A stretch of 43,072 nucleotides of DNA. Origin: Ornithinibacter sp. Its GTDB lineage: Bacteria; Actinomycetota; Actinomycetes; Actinomycetales; Dermatophilaceae. The stretch is taken from NCBI GenBank assembly GCA_035633415.1, contig DASQEZ010000076.1, positions 1 through 43,072 on the forward strand. The letters are read 5' to 3'. Below the pieces are notes generated by a model, which was not told the DNA's origin, did no database searches, and saw nothing but the letters and a program-made list of their open reading frames with translations. How positions within the stretch are numbered: position 1 is the stretch's first letter; each line of letters starts with the position of its first letter. Positions 21,595 to 29,572 of the stretch are shown in pieces. Both the position numbers and the translations under genes were made by a program.

Positions 21595-23097
21595 ATGGAC
21601 CTCGACCAGTACCTCACCTCCGACGCGACCACGCTGGCCGGCCTCGTGGCCGCGAAGGAGGTCACGGCATCCGAGCTGCTGGCCGTGGCCCGTGAGCGGC
21701 ACGACGCGGTCAACCCGGCCATCAACGCGGTCGTGATGCCGCTGGCCCGCGTCGCCGACGCCCGAGCAGCCGACCCGGGCCTCACCGGCCCGTTCGCGGG
21801 GGTGCCCTTCCTCGTCAAGGACCTCGCCCAGGAGTACGCCGGCTTCCCCACGTCCAGCGGCTCACGAGCCCTCGCGCACGACGTCGCCACCGAGCACTCG
21901 CTGGTGACCCGGCGCTTCCTCGAGGCCGGCCTGGTCATCTTCGGCAAGACGAACACCCCGGAGTTCGGGGCGAAGGGCGTCACCGAGTCGGCCCTGTGGG
22001 GGCCGGCCCGCAACCCGTGGGACGTCAGGTGCACCCCCGGCGGCTCGTCGGGCGGGTCGGGCGCCGCGGTCGCGGCCGGCATCGTGCCGGCGGCCGGTGC
22101 CAACGACGGTGGCGGCTCGGTGCGGATCCCGGCTGCCTGCAACGGGCTCGTCGGCCTGAAGACGAGCCGCGGCGTGGGGCCCTACGGCCCGCAGACCGGT
22201 GAGCTGATGTTCGGCATGGTCACCCAGGGTGTGGTCTCGCGCACGGTTCGTGACAGCGCGGCGTTGCTCGACGCGATCATCGCGCCGGATGCCGGGGCGG
22301 CCTACGAGGGCGCCCTCCCGCCGGTCCCGTTCGCCGAGGCCATCCGGCAGGCCCCGGGCACCCTGCGCATCGGCTGGTCAGCGTCGTCCGCGATCAACGC
22401 CCACCCCGACCGCGAGGCGGTCCGCGCGGTCGAGTCGGCGGCGACCCTGCTGGCCGAGCTGGGCCACGAGGTCGAGGAGGTCTCCCCGCCGCACGACGAC
22501 GAGGCGCTGGCCCGCGACTTCCTCACCATCTGGTTCGCCCAGCTCTACGGCCAGATCGCGGACGCCAAGCGGCGCTTCGGCTCTCCCGACAGCCACTTCG
22601 AGGCGGACTCGCTCGCAGCCGCCGAGCTCGGGCGGGCGGCCGGCATCCGGCCCCTCATCGAGGCCGTCACGAACATCAACGTGCACACCCGTGCGCTGGC
22701 CCGCTTCCACGAGACCCACGACGTCTTCCTCACGCCGACCCTGGCGCAGCCGCCGCTGGCCGTGGGGGCACTGGACTCCTCCCGCTCGCTGCAGCGCGCG
22801 GCGCGGGTGGTGGCACGCACGCGCTCGGGCAAGCTGCTCGCGGCATCCGGCGTGCTCGACCAGATCATCGGCGACAACCTCAGCTGGGTTCCGTACACGC
22901 AGCTCGCCAACCTCACCGGGCGCCCGGCGATCAGCGTGCCGCTGCACTGGACCGACGCCGGCCTGCCGCTGGGCGTGCAGCTGGTCGGTCGGCTCGGGGC
23001 CGACGGGCTGCTGCTCCAGCTCGCCGCGCAGCTCGAGGAGGCGCAGCCCTGGTTCCACCGCTACGCGGAGCTCGACCCGGCCCTGACCAGGCCCTGA
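21595..23097 (+). CDS. Amidase signature family enzyme
   Basis: VPFLVKD, GKTNTPEFG, GGSSGGSGAAV, DGGGSVRIPA. Confidence 0.93.
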   Translation: MDLDQYLTSDATTLAGLVAAKEVTASELLAVARERHDAVNPAINAVVMPLARVADARAADPGLTGPFAGVPFLVKDLAQEYAGFPTSSGSRALAHDVATEHSLVTRRFLEAGLVIFGKTNTPEFGAKGVTESALWGPARNPWDVRCTPGGSSGGSGAAVAAGIVPAAGANDGGGSVRIPAACNGLVGLKTSRGVGPYGPQTGELMFGMVTQGVVSRTVRDSAALLDAIIAPDAGAAYEGALPPVPFAEAIRQAPGTLRIGWSASSAINAHPDREAVRAVESAATLLAELGHEVEEVSPPHDDEALARDFLTIWFAQLYGQIADAKRRFGSPDSHFEADSLAAAELGRAAGIRPLIEAVTNINVHTRALARFHETHDVFLTPTLAQPPLAVGALDSSRSLQRAARVVARTRSGKLLAASGVLDQIIGDNLSWVPYTQLANLTGRPAISVPLHWTDAGLPLGVQLVGRLGADGLLLQLAAQLEEAQPWFHRYAELDPALTRP

Positions 23098-23101
23098 GAC
23101 C

Positions 23102-23168
23102 CCGACTTGTTGCGGATCTGCGACGGTGCGCGTCAGCCCTGCGCAGTCGCACATCCGCAATAGGTCGG
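23102..23168. repeat. Intergenic palindromic element, copy 1 (REP/MITE-like; may also act as a bidirectional terminator)
   Basis: Arms CCGACTTGTTGCGGATCTGCGAC and GTCGCACATCCGCAATAGGTCGG form a 23-bp imperfect stem between convergent genes; homologous to 41784-41859. Confidence 0.75.
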
Positions 23169-23175
23169 ATGGGGG

Positions 23176-23493
23176 TCAGCGGCGGCGGCGGCCGGCCGCA
23201 CCGCCCCCGGCGCCTCCGCCGAAGAACGCGCTGACGCCGATCATGAACCCGACGTCGTACCAGTTGCCGCTGTTCTGGACCTCGTAGATCGAGACCTCGT
23301 CGGTGAACAGCGAGACGATCAGCGTGATCGGCGAGATGAAGCCCTGCCACAGGCCCATCCAGAACCCGGCCGGGTCGGGCCCGGTGTCCAGGGCGGGGTT
23401 CGGGCCGGCCGCGCAGGCCGACAGCGCCAGCACCCCGAGCGCGGCGAGCAGCGCCACCGCGACCCGTGACGCGGTGGACGTGCGTGTGGTCAT
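23176..23493 (-). CDS. Small putative membrane lipoprotein
   Basis: Signal peptide with lipobox LSA-C; PAGFWMGLWQG, IYEVQNSGNWYDVGF. Confidence 0.8.
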   Translation of the reverse strand: MTTRTSTASRVAVALLAALGVLALSACAAGPNPALDTGPDPAGFWMGLWQGFISPITLIVSLFTDEVSIYEVQNSGNWYDVGFMIGVSAFFGGGAGGGAAGRRRR

Positions 23494-23666
23494 CGTCCTC
23501 ATCTCCCAGGCCGGTCGACGTTCCGGCACGCTCCAGCGTCCCACGGCAACGTGCCGCCGGCACGGTGCTGCGGCACGCGCCACACCGGGCCGACGGGACG
23601 GCCAGGTATCACCAGTCGCCGGTGCCGCTCCTGTGCACCAAGGAGCCCACCGACGCAGGAGCCACC

Positions 23667-26573
23667 ATGCCCAACCGGATCACCGCCGCGACAGCCGACA
23701 TCCCCATCAAGGACCTTTCCGCCCTGCGCACGAAGCTCAGGAAGACAGAGTTCAGCGCGGTCGAGGCGGCACCGGCCTTCCTCGACGCCTTCGACCGCAG
23801 CCCCAACCGGGCGGTCGCCCTGGCCCGTGGCTACGCCGCCACCCTGAAGACGAACGAGGACCACCGCCAGCTCTTCCAGGTCGCCGCCGGGTTGGACGAC
23901 ACCCACCGACGGGCGCTCATCAAGGGGTACCGGGAGGAAGGACAGGGTCGCGGTGTCGTGCAGGCGATCTCGCTGCTCCCCCGCACCCAGGGCCGCGCGG
24001 TCATGGAGTCGATGGTGCTCACGGTCGACGGCAACGTCGACAAGCGCGCGGCCAAGGAGGTGGGCGCCTGGCTGCGTGACGCCGGCGCCGTGATGCGGGC
24101 CCACGCCATGGGGCTGCCCAGCCCGGACGTCGACGACGCCGTCGTCGAGTTCTTCGAGGACGTGGGCGACGCGATCTCCGACGCGGTCAACGCCGTGGTG
24201 GACGCCCTCGCTGCCATCGGCGAGGCCTTCGTCAACGCCATCGCCGACGTCGTCAACTGGACCATCGAGGCCGTGAAGGACCTCGCCCACGCGCTCTACG
24301 CCGCCGCCGCGACCCTCGCCGAGCTCGTCGGCAAGCTCGCCGAGGCGACCTTCCAGGTGCTCAAGACGATGCTCAACGGCCTCGAGCAGATCGGCATCGC
24401 GATGCGCAACATCGTCGTGGCGGCCCTCGAGCTCGCCCAGTCGGTCATCGTCGAGGTCTTCCGGGCCATCGACAGCCTCGGTCGAACCCTCGCGCAGCTG
24501 CTGTCGACGATCGCGGGGCTGGCGATCGGCTTCATCCGCAAGGCCGTCGAGGCGCTCATCGCGATCGGCAAGGAGATCGGCAACATCCTCGCCCAGGCCG
24601 TCGCCTTCGGTTTCGCCCTCGTCAAGGGCATCGTCACGGCTCTCGTGGCCCTCGGCAAGGCGATGGGCGAGATCATGGTCACCCTCGTCACCCGCCCCGG
24701 CGACCTGCTCGGCCAGGTCGTCCGGTCGTTCCGCGAGCTCGGCAACACCCTCGGCCAGGTGCTCGACGCGACGATCGCGGCGGGCGCCGACTTCGTGCGC
24801 CGGGTGGCCGCGGCCGCCGCCAGCATCGGGGAGGCCGTGGTCGACCTGGTGTCGTACGCGACGCAGGCCGCGATCGCCATCGGACGGGCCGTGGTGCAGG
24901 GACTGCTCGATGCCGGCAAGACACTGGTCACCCTCGTCACGAGCATCGCCTCGGCCGGCTTCAACACCCTCAAGACCCTGGTTCAGATCGCCTTCGACCT
25001 CGGCCGCGCCCTCGTCACCGTGCTGCGCGACCTCGCCAGGATCGCCTTCAGCGTGCTCAAGGACGTCGTGCGGGCCGCCTTCGAGCTCGGCAAGACGATC
25101 GTCGAGTTCGCCGGCGCCATGGTCGAGTTCACGTATGCCGTCGCGGCTCGCCTCATCCAGGCCGCGATCGAGGTCGGTGCCGCCGTCGCCGACCTGCTCG
25201 AGGCCGTCGTCGCCAAGGGCTACTTCGTGCTGCGCAAGCTCGTCACCGGTGTGCTCCAGGCGCTCGGCCCGGTGGGCGACGTCTTCGAGTGGCTGATCGA
25301 GCGGGGTGAGGCCCTCGCGAGCGAGCTGTGGCGCCAGGCCGTGCTCGCCATCCGGTTCGTCAAGCACAGCGTCACCGAGATCCTCGACTGGGCCCGGGCC
25401 CAGGGAGCCGCGATGTTCGACGCCATCCTGCAGTCGGTCGAAGCCGCCGGCGAGGCGATCAGCACGGTCATCGAGTGGGCCGAGGCCGTCGGCGACCAGG
25501 CGCTCGAGCTGCTCGCCGAGGCGACCCGGCGGGTCGGCAACAGCATCGAGTACGTGCTGTCCTACGTCGCCAACGACGCGCTCCCGGCGCTCGGCAGCGT
25601 CATCAAGGGCGCGCTCGACGCGGGCATGGCCCTGGTCGACGTCATGGCGTGGGCCATCGACCGCTCGCTCGAGGTGCTCACCGAGACCGTGCAGTCGCTG
25701 CTCGACCTCGGGAAGACCATCGCCCAGCTCGTCGCGGCCACGATCGCCAACCCCGGTGACGCCCTCGACAACCTGCTCAAGGCGCTCGACGCCGTCGGCA
25801 AGACCCTCGGCCAGATCGCCGACGACGTCTGGACCCTCGGCGAGGTCGCGTGGGAGGCGTTCGTGCGCTCCGCCAAGGCCATCGGTCGCCTCGTCGTCGA
25901 CATCCTGGCGGCGGCCTGGGACATCGTCGGTGCCGCGCTCGGTGCGGCGGTCAGCATCCTGTGCAGCGCCCTCGCCGGCTACCGCGCGATGACGCCCCAG
26001 GAGGTGGCGGAGGCCCGGATCGTCTTCCAGGACTCGCTCGACTACGACCACATCTTCTTCGCGGTCGACGACGTCACCAACGACATCATCTTCGGCATCC
26101 AGGACTGGTTCAGCGGCAACGACCAGTCGCGCGCCTTCGTGACGAACAGCCTGGTCAACTTCGACGTCGACGAGGGCCTGAGCCGCCGCACGATGATCCA
26201 CGAGCTGACCCACGTCTGGCAGTACCAGCAGGAGGGCTCGGCCTACCTCGCCGATGCCGTCTTCGCGCAGGCGACCGGCGACGGCGTGGGCGACAGCGGC
26301 TACAACTACGGCTACCGGGAGCAGGCCTCCCCCACGGTCAGCATCCCCAAGGACTTCGCCGGGGCGAACGAGACCGGCCCGGTCGGTGACTGGATGGGCG
26401 AGGAGGGCCAGAACGACCTGGCGGGTCCGGCAGCCACGACGTGGGCCGGCCTCAACCCGGAGATGCAGGCGCAGGTGATCATGCACTGGTACGTGCGCAA
26501 GGTGCTCGAGAACCAGAGCGACGCCGAGGTCGCGCCCTGGCAGCCCTACGTCGAGCTCGTCCGCGCGGCGTGA
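23667..26573 (+). CDS. 968-aa protein: N-terminal domain, about 20 tandem 29-aa helical repeats, C-terminal HExxH (DUF4157-like) metallopeptidase domain
   Basis: AGGAG RBS before the ATG; strong GC3 codon pattern; Gly-anchored 29-aa periodicity over aa 186-771; IHELTHVWQYQQ at nt 26196-26231 and NPEMQA downstream. Confidence 0.85.
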   Translation: MPNRITAATADIPIKDLSALRTKLRKTEFSAVEAAPAFLDAFDRSPNRAVALARGYAATLKTNEDHRQLFQVAAGLDDTHRRALIKGYREEGQGRGVVQAISLLPRTQGRAVMESMVLTVDGNVDKRAAKEVGAWLRDAGAVMRAHAMGLPSPDVDDAVVEFFEDVGDAISDAVNAVVDALAAIGEAFVNAIADVVNWTIEAVKDLAHALYAAAATLAELVGKLAEATFQVLKTMLNGLEQIGIAMRNIVVAALELAQSVIVEVFRAIDSLGRTLAQLLSTIAGLAIGFIRKAVEALIAIGKEIGNILAQAVAFGFALVKGIVTALVALGKAMGEIMVTLVTRPGDLLGQVVRSFRELGNTLGQVLDATIAAGADFVRRVAAAAASIGEAVVDLVSYATQAAIAIGRAVVQGLLDAGKTLVTLVTSIASAGFNTLKTLVQIAFDLGRALVTVLRDLARIAFSVLKDVVRAAFELGKTIVEFAGAMVEFTYAVAARLIQAAIEVGAAVADLLEAVVAKGYFVLRKLVTGVLQALGPVGDVFEWLIERGEALASELWRQAVLAIRFVKHSVTEILDWARAQGAAMFDAILQSVEAAGEAISTVIEWAEAVGDQALELLAEATRRVGNSIEYVLSYVANDALPALGSVIKGALDAGMALVDVMAWAIDRSLEVLTETVQSLLDLGKTIAQLVAATIANPGDALDNLLKALDAVGKTLGQIADDVWTLGEVAWEAFVRSAKAIGRLVVDILAAAWDIVGAALGAAVSILCSALAGYRAMTPQEVAEARIVFQDSLDYDHIFFAVDDVTNDIIFGIQDWFSGNDQSRAFVTNSLVNFDVDEGLSRRTMIHELTHVWQYQQEGSAYLADAVFAQATGDGVGDSGYNYGYREQASPTVSIPKDFAGANETGPVGDWMGEEGQNDLAGPAATTWAGLNPEMQAQVIMHWYVRKVLENQSDAEVAPWQPYVELVRAA

Positions 26574-27592
26574 GCCACCGGGTCACCGGGGATCGGGAGC
26601 GGGGCATGGGACGGCACGCGGTCACGGTGGTCGCCGACGCGCCCTCCGCCGACGCCCTCGCCCCGCTCCTCGACCTCTGGCGGCACGGTCCCGGCCTGCG
26701 GCTCCTGCCCTGGAGCGCGCTGGCCGGGGGCGACCCGCAGGCACTGGCCGAAGTGGCCGACGGAGCGAGCGCCGTGCTCGTGGTCGGCTCCCGGCGACGT
26801 TCGCCCCGCACGGTCCTTCCGGGTCCGGTGCTCTCCGCCCCGGACGGCGCGGCGGTGCCGGCGGCATGGCTACCCGCGACGTCCGCAGCGGACCTGTCCC
26901 GGTTCGCCGCCACGGCCGTCACGGTCCACGCCCGCGCCGTGACGCCGAGCGCGGACGCCGGTCACCTGGCATCCGCGCTCAGCCCGCAGCGCACGCTCGC
27001 GGTGCTCGGCGAGCGCCACCCGCGCTTCGACCGGCTCGCCGACCGCATCGTGCGGATCGGCGGGGAGGCCGCCTCCCCCGGCATCGACGTGCGGCGGGCC
27101 ACGGCCTACGAACTGGGCCGCGACGACCTGGTCGACCTGCTCGCCACCGGGCCGGCGCTGGGCGTCTACGTCGGGCACGGGCGACCAGTGGGCTGGGTCG
27201 GGTACGCCGGCACCCGCGCCCACCACCTCGCGGATGCCGTCGTGCGCCCCGGTCACGAGCCGGCCGCCGCGGTCGTCTCGCTCACCTGCCAGACGGCCAG
27301 CCGCCGCCGCACCGGCCTGTCGTTCGCCGAGTCGCTGCCCCTGCGGGGGGTCTGCGCGGCGACGCTCGGCGCGGTGACCTCCACGGTGCACACCGGCAAC
27401 GCCCGCTGGGCACTGCGCATCGCCCGCGACGTCGGCACGGCGGGCACCATCGGGGACCTCGTCGCGATGGTCGCCCCGCACGACCCGCACGCCACGACCT
27501 ACCGGCTGATCGGCGACCCCACCGCCCCCCTCCTCGACGCACCCGCGGCCGAGGTGGCGCACCACCCCCCACCCCTCGAGGAGGCATCATGA
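26570..27592 (+). CDS. Gingipain-like (peptidase C25, clan CD) His-Cys protein without signal peptide
   Basis: VYVGHG..GW (His codon 27176), VSLTC (Cys codon 27287), SFAESL, YRLIGDP. GTGA overlap with the upstream gene; alternative ATG at 26606. Confidence 0.75.
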   Translation: MSHRVTGDRERGMGRHAVTVVADAPSADALAPLLDLWRHGPGLRLLPWSALAGGDPQALAEVADGASAVLVVGSRRRSPRTVLPGPVLSAPDGAAVPAAWLPATSAADLSRFAATAVTVHARAVTPSADAGHLASALSPQRTLAVLGERHPRFDRLADRIVRIGGEAASPGIDVRRATAYELGRDDLVDLLATGPALGVYVGHGRPVGWVGYAGTRAHHLADAVVRPGHEPAAAVVSLTCQTASRRRTGLSFAESLPLRGVCAATLGAVTSTVHTGNARWALRIARDVGTAGTIGDLVAMVAPHDPHATTYRLIGDPTAPLLDAPAAEVAHHPPPLEEAS

Positions 27593-27840
27593 ACCGCTCG
27601 GAGATCCTGTCCGTCATCCGTGAGGAGCTCGCCGTCGCGGCTCCCGACGTCCCGACGGACGCCGACCCGGCCGCCCACTTCGGCCTCGACCTGGCGGTGG
27701 ACTCGCTCGCCGTGCTCGAGTTCGTCGCCCGCCTCGAGTACCACTTCGGCATCGCGGTCCCCGACGACGCGTGGCCCGGACTGACCTCGATGGATGCCGT
27801 CGCCGACTTCCTCGAGTCCGCCCTCGTGGGCGCGTCGTGA
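27589..27840 (+). CDS. Acyl carrier protein
   Basis: 83 aa, acidic; DLAVDSL with the Ppant Ser39 (codon 27703); LEYHFGIAVPD; GAGGAGG RBS; ATGA overlap. Confidence 0.92.
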   Translation: MNRSEILSVIREELAVAAPDVPTDADPAAHFGLDLAVDSLAVLEFVARLEYHFGIAVPDDAWPGLTSMDAVADFLESALVGAS

Positions 27841-29021
27841 GCCGTTCCGCACAGGTCGTCGTCACGGGCACCGGCGCCGTCAGCGCGCTCGGTGGGGATG
27901 CCGCGTCGACGTGGGACGGCATCCTCGAGGGTCGCACCGCTGTGCGGCACTGGCCCGACCTGGCTGCCGAGGGCCACTCCCTCGACGTGGCCTGCCGGGT
28001 CGACGACTCGGTGTGGGGTGACGACGTGCCCGACGTGCGGGTGCGCGGTCGTGCCCTCGCCCGACGGGCGGCCCGCGAGGCGCTCGAGGATGCCGGCCTG
28101 CTCGGCCCCGACGGCCGCCTCACCGGCACGGTCGAGGCCGCCCGGGTCGGGGTCTTCGTCGGCACGACGATGGGCGAGTCGGGGGCGTACGAGGCGTCGG
28201 CGGCGACCGGGAGGTTCGACCTCGACGACGGCGGGTCCCAGGTGTTCGCGGACTCCGTGGCGTCCGCCTTCGGCCTCCAAGGACCACGCCGAACTCTCGG
28301 AACCGCCTGTGCTGCAGGCAACTACGCCATCGGTGCGGCCGCTCGGGCGGTGGCCTCGGGCCGGGTCGACGTCGCGCTCGCCGGTGGCGTCGAGCCCTTC
28401 TCGAGGATCGCGATGGTCGGCTTCGCCCGGATGCGCGCGATGGCACCCGACGGGTGCGCGCCCTTCGGGCTCGGGCGGCGCGGCATGACGCTCGGCGAGG
28501 GAGCCGGCTTCGTGGTCCTCCGAAGGGCCGGCGACACCACCGCGGCCCGGGCCGTCGTGGGCGGGCTGGGCCTCAGCGCCGACGCCCACCACCCGACCGC
28601 CCCGCGGGAGGACGGCAGTGGCATGGCGGCCGCGATGCGCGCCGCGCTCGCGGCATCCGACCTGTCGCCGGACGACATCGGGTGGGTCAGCGCCCACGGC
28701 ACCGGCACGCCGCGGTCGGACGCCGCGGAGTCGCTCGCCCTGCACACGGTCTTCGGCCAGGCACCGCCGCCGGTGTCGAGCATCAAGGGAGCCCTCGGTC
28801 ACGCCCTCGGGGCGGCCACCGCGCTCGACGCCGTCACCGCCGTGCGCTCGCTCGGCATGCGGACTCTTCCCCCCAACGCCGGTGTGGCACAGGTCGACCC
28901 GACCCTGGATGTCGACGTCGTCCTCAGCGCGCGCGAGGTACCCGACCTCGACTGGGTGCTCAGCTGTGGGTTCGCGTTCGGCGGGCTGAACTCCGCCCTG
29001 GTGCTGGGGAGGGCCGCATGA
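27837..29021 (+). CDS. Beta-ketoacyl-ACP synthase (FabF/type II KS)
   Basis: VVVTGTG, TACAAG (Cys codon 28308), GEGAG, AHGTGT, SIKGALGH, FAFGGLN; Cys-His-His triad intact. Confidence 0.93.
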   Translation: MSRSAQVVVTGTGAVSALGGDAASTWDGILEGRTAVRHWPDLAAEGHSLDVACRVDDSVWGDDVPDVRVRGRALARRAAREALEDAGLLGPDGRLTGTVEAARVGVFVGTTMGESGAYEASAATGRFDLDDGGSQVFADSVASAFGLQGPRRTLGTACAAGNYAIGAAARAVASGRVDVALAGGVEPFSRIAMVGFARMRAMAPDGCAPFGLGRRGMTLGEGAGFVVLRRAGDTTAARAVVGGLGLSADAHHPTAPREDGSGMAAAMRAALAASDLSPDDIGWVSAHGTGTPRSDAAESLALHTVFGQAPPPVSSIKGALGHALGAATALDAVTAVRSLGMRTLPPNAGVAQVDPTLDVDVVLSAREVPDLDWVLSCGFAFGGLNSALVLGRAA

Positions 29022-29572
29022 ACGGCACGCGAGCGCAGCAGTGGACGAGCGCGCCCCTCGACGGGGCCGGCGAGGCGATCGCCGCGTGGGTCGCCGCGCG
29101 CCTCGGCGAGGTCGACCCCGCTCTCCCCCACGGTGACCTGGTGGCCCTGCACGTGGCGACACCGGACAGCGGGTCGCGTGAGGCCCTGGCCTTCTGGCGC
29201 GCCGCGCAGGCGACCGGTTACGCGCTCGCCGCGCCCGGGGCCTTCCCGTGGACCCTGTCGAACAGCGCCACCGGACGGATCTCGCTTGCCCTGGGGGTCA
29301 CCGGGCCGTGCACGACCTGGGTGGGAGGGCCCGAGGCGTCGACCGAGGCAGAGCTCGCCGCCCGCCTCGACCTCGACGACGGCCTCGTCGAGTCCGCCGT
29401 CGTCGTGACGGTCGCCGGTGCGGACCCGCCCGATGCCGCAGGCTCACCGGTGCGGGTCGTGCTCACGGTGACCGTGCTCGGGCCGGACGTGGGTGACGAC
29501 CGGTGCCTCGGCGACGATCTTCACCCACGTTTCCGAGGTGCGAAGCCGGTCAGAGGCCGCCGAGGCCCTTGA
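29018..29572 (+). CDS. Truncated non-catalytic KS N-terminal / chain-length-factor-like protein
   Basis: APGAFPWTLSNSATGRISLALGVTGPCTT matches the KS N-domain segment; the TAC nucleophile motif is replaced by TWVGG; ATGA overlap with the KS. Confidence 0.75.
   Translation: MNGTRAQQWTSAPLDGAGEAIAAWVAARLGEVDPALPHGDLVALHVATPDSGSREALAFWRAAQATGYALAAPGAFPWTLSNSATGRISLALGVTGPCTTWVGGPEASTEAELAARLDLDDGLVESAVVVTVAGADPPDAAGSPVRVVLTVTVLGPDVGDDRCLGDDLHPRFRGAKPVRGRRGP

Noticed and set aside
24222-25979. 87-nt periodicity as a CRISPR array or DNA tandem repeat
   Set aside because: No identical direct repeats at the DNA level; the periodicity is at protein level only, and there are no cas genes.
23499-26486. 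995-aa antisense ORF opposite the repeat protein
   Set aside because: Typical high-GC shadow ORF mirroring the sense codon bias; no motifs. The plus strand has the RBS, the repeats and HExxH.
23667-26573. Large helical protein as a phage tape-measure protein or prophage remnant
   Set aside because: No phage structural, integrase or tail genes nearby; the period is 29 aa; and it is coupled to ACP/KS genes.
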